Source: a gamma proteobacterium symbiont of Ctena orbiculata
GTDB lineage: Bacteria > Pseudomonadota > Gammaproteobacteria > Chromatiales > Chromatiaceae
Assembly (NCBI GenBank): GCA_003058495.1
Contig: QBVC01000008.1
Coordinates: 19,164 to 83,163 of the forward strand
DNA length: 64,000 nt
Reading direction: 5' to 3'
The position numbers and the translations under genes are program-made. A model generated the notes under the pieces. That model made no database searches. It was given only the letters and a program-made list of their open reading frames with translations, and was not told where the DNA came from. Of the stretch, positions 11,001 to 19,126 are shown piece after piece; the stretch's first letter is position 1; each line of letters opens with the position of its first letter.

Positions 11001-11593
11001 TCGGACGCTTTTTCGGTCCCGGCGGCATGATGGACAACTTCTTCAACAGCTATCTGCAGGATTTTGTCGATACCTCCCGCCGCAGCTGGCGCTGGAACGC
11101 GGCGGGCAACCGCGCCCTCGGCATACCCACCGGCACCCTGAGGCAGTTCCAGCGGGCGGCGGTTATCCGCGACGCCTTCTTCAGCGGCTCCGCCCAGGAT
11201 CCGAAGATCAACTTCGAGGTCAAACCGCTGAGCATGGATACCACCATCACCCAGATCACCCTGCTGCTCAATCAGCAGCGCGTCAGGTATAACCACGGCC
11301 CCGCCCGCTGGAACCGTATGATCTGGCCCGACGACTCCGGGATCAGCGACACCAAGATCCTGTTGGCGCCTCCCGCCGGAAACAAGCCTTCCGGACTGAC
11401 CGAGGATGGTCCATGGGGCTGGTTCCGAATCATCGACCAGGCAAAGACCGAGGCCACCGACTCACCCGAGACCATTAAGGTCGAGTTCAACGTGGGCGGA
11501 CGCAAATCCCGTTTTATGTTGCGTGCCAGTGGCGCCCTCAATCCCTTCAAGCTCAAAGAATTGGCAGATTTCCGGTGTCCGAACAGACTCTGA
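8012..11593 (+). CDS. tssM: T6SS membrane subunit TssM/IcmF
   Basis: 1193 aa; N-terminal TMs, LPWYMFIGPPGSGKTT Walker A, GGTRNCDWWFT, DTAGRY, and GPWGWFR near the C-terminus. Confidence 0.97.
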   Translation: MRAIMGIIKNRWFVAILGLIAISIIIWLVGPLIAIAGIEPLGSVLGRLIAILLVVLIWLGMELRRFLTARKKNQQMLESVVGQKDQPQIHARESDEEVAILSQRLDEAIRILKESKIGGKQDRQFLYQLPWYMFIGPPGSGKTTALLNSGLHFPLADKLGNDAVQGIGGTRNCDWWFTDDAVLLDTAGRYTTQDSYEEVDRAAWMGFLDLLKRHRKRRPINGALVAISVEDILQLTELERLSHAKAIRMRVKELIDHFGIRFPIYILFTKCDLLAGFNEFFENMGREERSQVWGMTFPLTDKADEDGGISRFQDEFRALEKRIDVRLMDRLEQERDTKRRILIYSFPQQFSALREAAESFLYEAFSANRFQETPMVRGIYFTSGTQEGTPIDRLLGSMAQEFGLNRQIAPAFSGSGRSFFINRLFKDLIFPEAHLAGVNTRVEKRRAWLQRMAYVGAISLAVLAGVAWFTSYSRNQSYIDQVAIQANAAEEKVNAVAPDDLTLANVVPALDSVRRIPGGYADQEAEIPWLMGLGLYQGDKLGSEAVSAYRTSLKNLFLPRIILSLENQLTRPGNNPDYLYEALKVYLMFDDSEHFDAETVKTWMLLQWQLNLPGAENAQARQALAGHLDALLEMLPMTPTLPLDQDLIAHVRGNLLRVPLADRVYNRMKRTTASGSVPPIRLTQAIGADADQVFSRRSGEPLDKEIPALFTYEGYHKLFLKDHLEIANKLLEEKWILGPELEKIVGETDLVKLSARVKELYYEEYIRTWEQQLADIRVKPFANMRQAVDILNIISGPSSPLRRYLKLVQEQTSLSRLPGGAKKAAELVERNTSGITRRLASILQVAPDASEAASEDSLLTTPVDQHFASLNRMIQAQEGEQAPLERTMEMLNELYAHMSSIASAGNQSNQAFNVARDPSAGGSVISRLKLEAKRQPGHLAAMLNTLADGSSNLTISGVRAHLNSVWTTQVLPFCQRSLTGRYPLDRDSSREVTIGDFGRFFGPGGMMDNFFNSYLQDFVDTSRRSWRWNAAGNRALGIPTGTLRQFQRAAVIRDAFFSGSAQDPKINFEVKPLSMDTTITQITLLLNQQRVRYNHGPARWNRMIWPDDSGISDTKILLAPPAGNKPSGLTEDGPWGWFRIIDQAKTEATDSPETIKVEFNVGGRKSRFMLRASGALNPFKLKELADFRCPNRL

Positions 11594-12375
11594 ACAGCAC
11601 ATTGAACGAGGATGTCCCCGGGTTCTACGGCAAGATACCCTCCCTCGGGGATTTCGTAACGAGACGCCTGCCGCGCGGGTTTATCGCGCCCTGGGAGACC
11701 TGGATGCAGGAGGCGATAGCCAACAGCCGCGAACAGCTTGGTGATTTCTGGCTGGACAACTATCTCACCAGCCCCCTGTGGCGATTTGCCCTCACCCCCG
11801 GGATCTGCGGAGAACACGGCTGGGCGGGCGTGCTGATGCCGAGCGTCGACCGGGTCGGACGCTACTATCCCTTTACCCTGGCGGCGAGGCTCGATCCGAA
11901 ATTCAATCTCTTCCTCTTCATGGAGGAGTCCGAGCCCTGGTTTGCCAGGATGGAGGAGCTCGCGCTCTCCTGCCTTGAAGACGGCTTCCAGATGGAGTCG
12001 TTCGAGCAGCAGCTGCGCGCTGTCGGTCTGCCCAGTGCCGAACGCGAACCCCACCCGCCGCAACCGGAGGCCGCGACCACGGCACTCAACAACGCCTGGC
12101 ACGCCAAACTGGAGGAGCAGTCATCCCTGCGCAGCATCTATCCGCTGTTCCTTCCCCATCTGATGAAGAAGCTGCTCTTCGCCTACAGCCTCTGGTGGAC
12201 CCAGGGATCCGAGCGCATCTCGCCCTCTCTGCTGCTGTGCCAGGGTCTGCCCCAGATCAAGGGCGCCAGCGCCTTGATCGACGGCGCCTGGAGCCAGCAC
12301 GGCTGGGAGGAGATCGAAACCGGGACCTACGCACTGGGGGGGTTGTCCAATATCGAAGCCTCGCAGTCTCAATGA
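11575..12375 (+). CDS. tagF: T6SS-associated protein TagF
   Basis: GFYGKIPSLGDFV and LMPSVDRVGRYYPFT motifs. Start uncertain (GTG 11575 or TTG 11602). Confidence 0.92.
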   Translation: MSEQTLNSTLNEDVPGFYGKIPSLGDFVTRRLPRGFIAPWETWMQEAIANSREQLGDFWLDNYLTSPLWRFALTPGICGEHGWAGVLMPSVDRVGRYYPFTLAARLDPKFNLFLFMEESEPWFARMEELALSCLEDGFQMESFEQQLRAVGLPSAEREPHPPQPEAATTALNNAWHAKLEEQSSLRSIYPLFLPHLMKKLLFAYSLWWTQGSERISPSLLLCQGLPQIKGASALIDGAWSQHGWEEIETGTYALGGLSNIEASQSQ

Positions 12376-13127
12376 GCCTCAACAGCTTCTACTGGGTCTC
12401 GGCGCACATGAGCGACAAGGGAAAGGTGCGCTCAATCAACGAAGACGCCTGTCTCGATCGGGCCGACCTGGGGATCTGGGCGGTGGCTGACGGCATGGGC
12501 GGGCATGCCGCCGGCGACATGGCCTCGGAAATGATCGTCAATGAGCTCAAATCGATCACTCCGGGGGATTCGCTGGGGGCGCTGGCCAGCGATGTGGAGC
12601 AGCGGCTGCAGCATGTCAACCAGCAGCTGCTGCTTGAGTCGCAGCGACGCGGTGGCGAGATCATCGGGTCCACCGTGGTCACCCTGCTCACCTACCAGGG
12701 CTACTGTATCTACCAATGGGCGGGAGACAGCCGGATCTACCTCTACCGCCGCGGCAGACTCAAACAACTCAGCCGCGACCACAGCCAGTTGGAAGAGCTG
12801 ATCGAACAGGGTCTGGTCACCCTGGACCAGGCGGAACAATCCCCGATCGCCAACTACATCACCCGCGCCGTGGGCGCCAGTGAGGAGTTGGAGCTGGATG
12901 CGGAGATCTTCGAGCCTTGCGACAGCGACCTGTTCCTGCTCTGCAGCGACGGCCTGAACAAGGAGGTCAGCGACGGGGAGATTGCCGAGATCCTGGGCGG
13001 CTACAGCTTTCAGCAAGCGGCGCAACAGCTGATCCAGCTGGCGATGGAGCGCGGCGCACGGGACAACGTAACCCTGGTACTGGTGCAGGCGAGTTCGACC
13101 CAGGCAAACGGGCCTGAACAGGAATGA
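12372..13127 (+). CDS. pppA: PP2C-family Ser/Thr phosphatase (PppA/TagG-like)
   Basis: GKVRSINEDA, VADGMGGH, AGDSR, LLCSDGL and GARDNVT PP2C motifs; ATG 12372 overlaps the tagF stop (ATGA). Confidence 0.9.
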   Translation: MSLNSFYWVSAHMSDKGKVRSINEDACLDRADLGIWAVADGMGGHAAGDMASEMIVNELKSITPGDSLGALASDVEQRLQHVNQQLLLESQRRGGEIIGSTVVTLLTYQGYCIYQWAGDSRIYLYRRGRLKQLSRDHSQLEELIEQGLVTLDQAEQSPIANYITRAVGASEELELDAEIFEPCDSDLFLLCSDGLNKEVSDGEIAEILGGYSFQQAAQQLIQLAMERGARDNVTLVLVQASSTQANGPEQE

Positions 13128-13167
13128 TCTGCTATATTGGCTTACAAACTACCGATAGGACGGCAGT

Positions 13168-14568
13168 ATGCTGGAATCTAACATGTTCACCATGAGACAT
13201 AACGTTGTGAAACCGGGCCGCGAGAACATAGAAGATTTCACCAAACTCCTCCTCATCACCCTGTTGGCAATAAGCATCTCCGCCTGTGTTGCCCTGGGAC
13301 CGCAGCAGGAACCGGAACCGGTCGATGCGGAGGAACCAGAGGAGGAGGTAGTGACCATTCCTCCGCCGCCTGACTCACTGACCCCTTCACAGCGGGTACG
13401 CAAGGCGCTGCAGCAGTTGGAGCAGGGCGACTACGGGAACGCCCGGTTGCAACTCACCTGGGCATTACAGGAGAAGCCCACATTGCAGATCGCCGCCAAT
13501 CTGCTGCAACAGATGGATGTCGATCCCATCGACCATCTCGGCATGAAGAGTTTCTTCTACGATGTGGAGCCGGGTGACTCGCTCTCCATAATCGCCAAAA
13601 AATTCCTCAACGATCCGCTAAAGTTTGTCGTTCTGGCCCGCTACAACAAACTGGAGAATCCCAGCAAACTGGCCCCGGGTCAGCGTATCCGCGTGCCAGG
13701 TGTGATGCCGGAGAGAAAAAGAGCAAAACCCAAGCCAAAGCCACAACGATCAGAACCTGTTGCCCTGCCGCAAGCGTCCGTCGAAGCAACACCACCCCCT
13801 GCCACCACTGCCGAGCAGACAGCCTTGACGGCCGAGCCCGTGATGGAAGAGAGCGAGCCAGAACCGACCCAATCACCCGCCATGGAGGCAATCCCCATGG
13901 CAGCTACGGAGGTGACCGAGGAGCCGCCGCAACAGCAAGCGGAACAGCCTGTCGAAGAGGCGCCGGTAGCGATGACCGTCGAGGAGGCGCTCAGCTCTGC
14001 GCGAGGCCTGCATGGAGAAGGAAACCTCAGCGCGGCGATCTATCTGCTGGAAAACGAGAGCAGCCAGCATCCCGATTCAAAGGAGCTGCAGAAACTGCTT
14101 GCCGATTATTACAATGAGCATGCAGATCAACTCATCAACCGGGGCGAGCTGAACGATGCGCGGACAACCTTGGAAAAACTGATCATCCTTGACTCATCCG
14201 ATGATCAAGCGATCAATAAACTGATCCTGGTAGAGGACAGTATCGAGGCAGGAAAATTAATGCTGGCCGCACAGGATCAGCAAAACGCAGGCAACCTGGA
14301 ACAGGCCTACCAGACCTATGGTCAAGTCCTCACCTACGACCCGGAGAACCAAATCGCGAAGGATTCGCGACTGGTTGTCCGCGATCAGCTGACTGACAGC
14401 TATCATCGCCGCGCCATGCAGCTTTTCAGAAAGCAGGAGCTGGATGATGCGATTGGATTCTGGAACAAGATCCTGGAGTTGAATCCGAACCACTCCCTGG
14501 CCCCGGGTTACAAGGCACGGGCGTTGGAGATGAAACAGCAGCTGCAGAAGATCGAACCCGGCGGATGA
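13168..14568 (+). CDS. LysM and TPR domain lipoprotein
   Basis: Hydrophobic signal ending ISAC; LysM (YDVEPGDSLSIIAKKFL..NKLENPSKLAPGQRIRVP); Pro/Glu-rich linker; C-terminal TPR-like helices (AIGFWNKILELNPNH). Start may be 13183 or 13192. Confidence 0.8.
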   Translation: MLESNMFTMRHNVVKPGRENIEDFTKLLLITLLAISISACVALGPQQEPEPVDAEEPEEEVVTIPPPPDSLTPSQRVRKALQQLEQGDYGNARLQLTWALQEKPTLQIAANLLQQMDVDPIDHLGMKSFFYDVEPGDSLSIIAKKFLNDPLKFVVLARYNKLENPSKLAPGQRIRVPGVMPERKRAKPKPKPQRSEPVALPQASVEATPPPATTAEQTALTAEPVMEESEPEPTQSPAMEAIPMAATEVTEEPPQQQAEQPVEEAPVAMTVEEALSSARGLHGEGNLSAAIYLLENESSQHPDSKELQKLLADYYNEHADQLINRGELNDARTTLEKLIILDSSDDQAINKLILVEDSIEAGKLMLAAQDQQNAGNLEQAYQTYGQVLTYDPENQIAKDSRLVVRDQLTDSYHRRAMQLFRKQELDDAIGFWNKILELNPNHSLAPGYKARALEMKQQLQKIEPGG

Positions 14569-15009
14569 TATCGCCTTCTCTGTAATTACACGCCAAGCCA
14601 GTCACACATCGGTCAACCCTGGCTGGAAAACCGGTTACTACAACGTAAGCCTGTTCGATATCAACGACAATCAAAGACTCGTGGCAAGCAGTCGTTATCT
14701 CATTGACAGTGTAAGTGAGACTGAGAGTCAGGCATCGCAGGTAGACCGGGATGTCATTCACAACCTCATTTCCAATGGGCTTGCCATATCCAAGCCATAC
14801 TGAAATACCACTTTAATTCATAATTCATGCTGGCAATAATTCCACATGTTTTCGTCAAAGGTTGATATTTGGTAGCGCGATATCAGCGTCTTTCTTGGCT
14901 ATACGGTGATCACAATGCAGTTACGATTTTGAGCGTTATAGTTGCCTCTCCCCCCCAAAGAAGTTATATAACCTGTTGGTCCATATGCAACGATATGATG
15001 GTGGGTTAT

Positions 15010-15393
15010 ATGCTCAAATCACTGTTCAAGCAATTCCTGATATACCTTCTCTCCCTAAACATGGCAATCATCGGCTTTCCCGCCATTTCGCTAGCGGCTC
15101 CAATAGATACCATGACCGTCATCCAGCTGGATGACAGGCAAAAGAGTATCGACCAAATCCGTTCAACCATGGCCCGTGACGAGGTTCGCAGTTCCTTGCT
15201 GGAAATGGGCGTCGATCCTCAGGCAGTTGAACTACGCCTGGATGCGCTCACTGACCATGAGCTGTATGTACTCAATCAACAAATAGATGAACTGCCTGCC
15301 GGCGGCAGCGTCCTGGGTGTACTCGGCGCACTACTGATCGTGCTAATCGTATTGGAACTGCTGGGCGTCACTAATGTATTCACCAAGCTTTAA
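15010..15393 (+). CDS. PA2779-family protein
   Basis: Signal-like N-terminus, LLEMGVDPQAVELRLDALTDHEL, LPAGG plus C-terminal TM; directly upstream of a PA2778-like peptidase. ATG 15010 preferred over the ORF-track start. Confidence 0.8.
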   Translation: MLKSLFKQFLIYLLSLNMAIIGFPAISLAAPIDTMTVIQLDDRQKSIDQIRSTMARDEVRSSLLEMGVDPQAVELRLDALTDHELYVLNQQIDELPAGGSVLGVLGALLIVLIVLELLGVTNVFTKL

Positions 15394-15446
15394 GTCTGGA
15401 TGATATCAGCTGGGTTAAGGACCGACCCACTGATATTCAATCCGCA

Positions 15447-16463
15447 TTGAACGCGATCCCGGGCAAACCGAACGAGGTGGCCAAGCCATACCTCGCTTCG
15501 TTACTGTTATTGCTGCTTAGTGGTTGCGCAAGTCATCCACCCCTACTCTCTCCTTTGCTCCCCTCGGCGTCAACGCATGCCATGCTGGAGTTGGAGGCCA
15601 CCCCGTTCCATGCGCAAGAGAAGTATCAGTGCGGTCCGGCGGCTCTCGCCACCCTGCTTGAAGATTCAGGGGTTCCGGTGACTGCCGAATCCCTGGTGCC
15701 GCTGGTCTACCTGCCGGAGAAAAAGGGCAGCCTTCAAATGGAGATGGTGGCGGTCAGCCGTCGTTACCAGCGGATCCCCTACGTTATCAGACCCGATCTG
15801 AACTCACTGCTCGCGGAGTTGCAGGCAGGCCGACCCGTGCTGGTGCTGCAGAACCTCGGATTCACCCAATTCCCTGTCTGGCACTACGCGGTGGTGATCG
15901 GCTACTCGGCAGAGAGGGATGAGATGATCCTGCGTTCCGGGGTCACCCGACGCGAGGTCCTCGACGCGCATCGCTTTCTCGCTACCTGGAAACAGTCGGG
16001 CCACTGGGCCATGGTGCTGCTGAGACCCGGTGATTTACCCGCTGTGCCAGACCAGCTGCCCTACTTGAAGGCAGTGGCCGCCATGGAACGATCGGCCCCC
16101 GCCGAGCACCTCATCGCGGCTTACCGTGCAGCCCTGGATCATTGGCCGGAGAGTGCAATCGCAATGTTCGGTTTGGCGGTCGCCCAGCACGCCAAGGGGG
16201 ACCTGGCGGCGGCTGAACTGAACTATAGGAGGCTCCTGGAGGCAGCGCCTGACTTTATCGCAGCCCACAACAACCTGGCCGAGGTATTGGCCGACAGGGG
16301 TTGCTATAGCGAGGCCAGGGCAGTGATTCAACAGGCATTGCAGAAAGAGAGCGGCGCCTTGCAGCAGGAGCTGAGGCAAACTGAACACGAAATCGTGAGA
16401 AGAATAAACAATCATCCGTCACAACCCTCTCCCTGCCGACGGCCGAGGATTCCGCATGAATAG
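15447..16463 (+). CDS. PA2778-family C39-like cysteine peptidase lipoprotein with TPR
   Basis: Lipobox LSGC, catalytic QCGPAALA (Cys) and WHYAVVIGY (His), C-terminal TPR (AHNNLAEVL). Alternative start GTG 15477. Confidence 0.85.
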   Translation: MNAIPGKPNEVAKPYLASLLLLLLSGCASHPPLLSPLLPSASTHAMLELEATPFHAQEKYQCGPAALATLLEDSGVPVTAESLVPLVYLPEKKGSLQMEMVAVSRRYQRIPYVIRPDLNSLLAELQAGRPVLVLQNLGFTQFPVWHYAVVIGYSAERDEMILRSGVTRREVLDAHRFLATWKQSGHWAMVLLRPGDLPAVPDQLPYLKAVAAMERSAPAEHLIAAYRAALDHWPESAIAMFGLAVAQHAKGDLAAAELNYRRLLEAAPDFIAAHNNLAEVLADRGCYSEARAVIQQALQKESGALQQELRQTEHEIVRRINNHPSQPSPCRRPRIPHE

Positions 16464-17096
16464 ATGATCTCTTCAAATACCCGCGAGAAGAGTGACCCAT
16501 GAGTCGTGGATCTCCCGCTATCCAGTTGCCGAATTTGACGGAGAAAAAACCCAGTTAAATCCTATGTTTCTGACATAAAATCGAACATGTCAACTTGATG
16601 GATTGGTTGTCTCGTCTACTATTGATCTGTAATATGGCGGGCAAGAATTAGCAGTAGCATGCCAAACGGATCGATTGGCTAAGTTTTGTGGTTTTTTTAC
16701 CACTAAGATGATGGATCATCATCGACATCGGGGCTGTCAAGCATAGGTTAAAACCTCACTGCAACCGATTTATACCTTGGGTAGTACCTGCAGATATCCC
16801 TGTCTCATGCAGCGGAGAGATACGGTACTGCTTGAATACAATGGAACAATAGGGAACTACAGCATTGCCGGGAAAGACAATGGCACAATGGATACCACTC
16901 TGTGACAGCGCTGCTGCCCAGCTGCCGTCAACCAATCACACCCTATCAGCGATTTGCATCCCTGGGCGCATTTGTCCATCAAATCGCCGACAGGATCCCA
17001 AAAAACTCAGGATATATTGCTTTCGATCAATGATCTAGTTAATTAAACATGGAAGATTACGCCGCATGGACATAATTGAACAAAGCATAATAATTC

Positions 17097-17840
17097 ATGG
17101 AAGCCGTGATTGAGTCTCTTACCCTGACCCATCTTCTCTTTGCTGCAGTTGTCATCAGCCTGGCCTACCTGGTGCGGGGTATCGCCGGCTTCGGCTCCGG
17201 CCTTATTGCGATCCCACTGCTGGCCCTGATATTGCCGCTGACCACGGCTGTACCGCTGATCGTCTTTCTCGATTACATGGCCTCGGCCAGTCATGGCATC
17301 AAACACCGGGAGGCGATTAAATGGAATGAGATCCTCTCCCTGTTGCCCTTCGCGGTGGTCGGTGTCTTAACCGCCCTCTTTATTTTCAAATCAGTGGACA
17401 TGGAGGCCCTGAAAATAGGCTTGGGCGCCTTTATTTTGGTATTCGCCGTCTATTCGCTCTTCTCCTTTTCCGGCAAGGAACTGATCTCTTCGGTTTGGTC
17501 GGTACCCGCAGGCAGCATGGGCGGATTGATCGGCACCCTGTATGGGACCGGCGGCCCCTTTTATGTCCTCTACCTGAAATTCCGCAAGATAGAGAAAACC
17601 CAGTTCAGGGCCACCTTCGCCACCATCTTTCTGCTCGATGGCGCAGGTCGCCTCGCGGGCTATCTGTTTACCGGCTTTTTCACCCTCGACCTGGTGTTGA
17701 TGATGGCGGTGGCCATTCCGTTGATGGTAATCGGGATGTTCATCGGCGGCCGCATCCATACCAACATGTCACAGCAAACCTTCCAGCGCGCTATCAGCAT
17801 GCTGCTGGTCTTCAGTGGCTTGGCGCTGTTGCTGAAGTAG
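17097..17840 (+). CDS. TauE/SafE family sulfite exporter-like membrane protein
   Basis: Multi-TM protein with GIAGFGSG and GTLYGTGGP repeats typical of TauE/SafE. Confidence 0.85.
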   Translation: MEAVIESLTLTHLLFAAVVISLAYLVRGIAGFGSGLIAIPLLALILPLTTAVPLIVFLDYMASASHGIKHREAIKWNEILSLLPFAVVGVLTALFIFKSVDMEALKIGLGAFILVFAVYSLFSFSGKELISSVWSVPAGSMGGLIGTLYGTGGPFYVLYLKFRKIEKTQFRATFATIFLLDGAGRLAGYLFTGFFTLDLVLMMAVAIPLMVIGMFIGGRIHTNMSQQTFQRAISMLLVFSGLALLLK

Positions 17841-17897
17841 CCTCGAAATAGGATTGCTGAATGGTTTTTGAACCGACTGGACTCGTCTCAACAGGCC

Positions 17898-18671
17898 CTA
17901 GTTAAACTCATTCACCAAGGCCCCGATACCTTCGATCACCACCTCCACGGTACAACCCCGTTCCATCGGCCCCGCTCCAATGGAAGTGCCGCAAGCGATG
18001 ATATCGCCAGGCCGCAGCGGCATGTCATGGGAAATACGACTAACGATCTGGCGCGGCTTGAAGAACATATCGGTCACGGGATAGTTTTGTAATTCTGCGC
18101 CGTCAACCAGGGTCCTGACCGACAATGTTTCCGCATCCAGACCCGTTGCAATAACCGGCCCGACGGCGCTAAAGGTGTCAAAGCTCTTTGCCCTGGTCCA
18201 ATGCACGAACAAGGGGTCCTCCCGCAGCAGGCCGCGGGCAGTGACATCATTGACACAGGTGTAGCCGAACACATAATCATCGACATCGTCCTCACTGATA
18301 TTATGGCACTGCTTGCCGATGACGATGCCGAGCTCACCCTCGTAGACCACTGGACCGTCATATCCCTCCGGTCGCCTGATTGTCCCACCCGGGGGGAGAA
18401 AGGATGTGCCTGCCTTCATGAAATAGAGAGGATGGTTGGGTCTAGACCAGCCCTCCTTCGCCGCCCTGGAATGAAAGTTGTTCCACAGGGCGATCATCGT
18501 TGTAGGTTCACAGGGGGTCAACAGCTTGACTGCCTCCAGGGGCAGTGTCTGTTCTGTCGCTACCGCCCCGTTGTACATGTCCCCCTGGTAGGTGGTTATT
18601 AGATTCTCGCTCAAGACGCCGAAGCCCCTCTCTCCCTGATAGTCATAACGAACCCACTGTTTCATTCCCAT
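17898..18671 (-). CDS. Fumarylacetoacetate hydrolase family protein
   Basis: YEGELGIVIGK, GYTCVNDVTAR, KSFDTFSAVGP and PGDIIACGT FAH motifs. Confidence 0.92.
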   Translation of the reverse strand: MGMKQWVRYDYQGERGFGVLSENLITTYQGDMYNGAVATEQTLPLEAVKLLTPCEPTTMIALWNNFHSRAAKEGWSRPNHPLYFMKAGTSFLPPGGTIRRPEGYDGPVVYEGELGIVIGKQCHNISEDDVDDYVFGYTCVNDVTARGLLREDPLFVHWTRAKSFDTFSAVGPVIATGLDAETLSVRTLVDGAELQNYPVTDMFFKPRQIVSRISHDMPLRPGDIIACGTSIGAGPMERGCTVEVVIEGIGALVNEFN

Positions 18672-18886
18672 TTAGCTCCTCTAATTCCTATTTGAGTAAT
18701 ATTATTCCTCTATTGCCTTCAAATAAAGGCTTTCCGCTCAAGAACATACCCCCAGTGCCACTATAGAGTTTGATGATCGACAGACTCAATCAGAGGTACT
18801 CAAGATTGTTACCGTCAGGATCCCTACAAGCAGCAGTTGCCGCCATAAACAGAACAAGCAGGAAGCCAAATCCTTCATCCGATGAC

Positions 18887-19114
18887 ATGATGATTCAGAA
18901 ATTCAGTCTCCTATTGACAGGTTTTACGATCGGCGCCCTCTATTCGCCGCTGCTGGTCTATGCCCTCTATCTTCGGCACCAATATACCGGGGCCACGAAC
19001 CTGGTGGCGCTGCATTGGTATGAGCTGATACTGGTTCTCACCCTTATGCTGCTGCCGTTGGCGGCGTTGAAGCTGCTCAAGATCGACTGGACTTCGCGAG
19101 ACATACCTGGCTGA
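18887..19114 (+). CDS. Small hypothetical membrane protein (2 TM)
   Basis: 75-aa ORF with two hydrophobic stretches; no recognisable family; start uncertain. Confidence 0.4.
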   Translation: MMIQKFSLLLTGFTIGALYSPLLVYALYLRHQYTGATNLVALHWYELILVLTLMLLPLAALKLLKIDWTSRDIPG

Positions 19115-19126
19115 AGCGGGTTCGGT

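Noticed and set aside
373-11296. Long minus-strand ORFs opposite clpV and tssM (373-1734, 7982-11296) and similar ones opposite hypF (53493-55709) and nadB (48796-49962)
   Set aside because: They are antisense shadows of high-GC genes: they overlap confident CDSs completely and carry no family motifs.
17030-17043. ATGAT-CTAG-TTAAT as an FNR box upstream of the TauE gene
   Set aside because: Too many mismatches to TTGAT-N4-ATCAA in an AT-rich region; likely chance.
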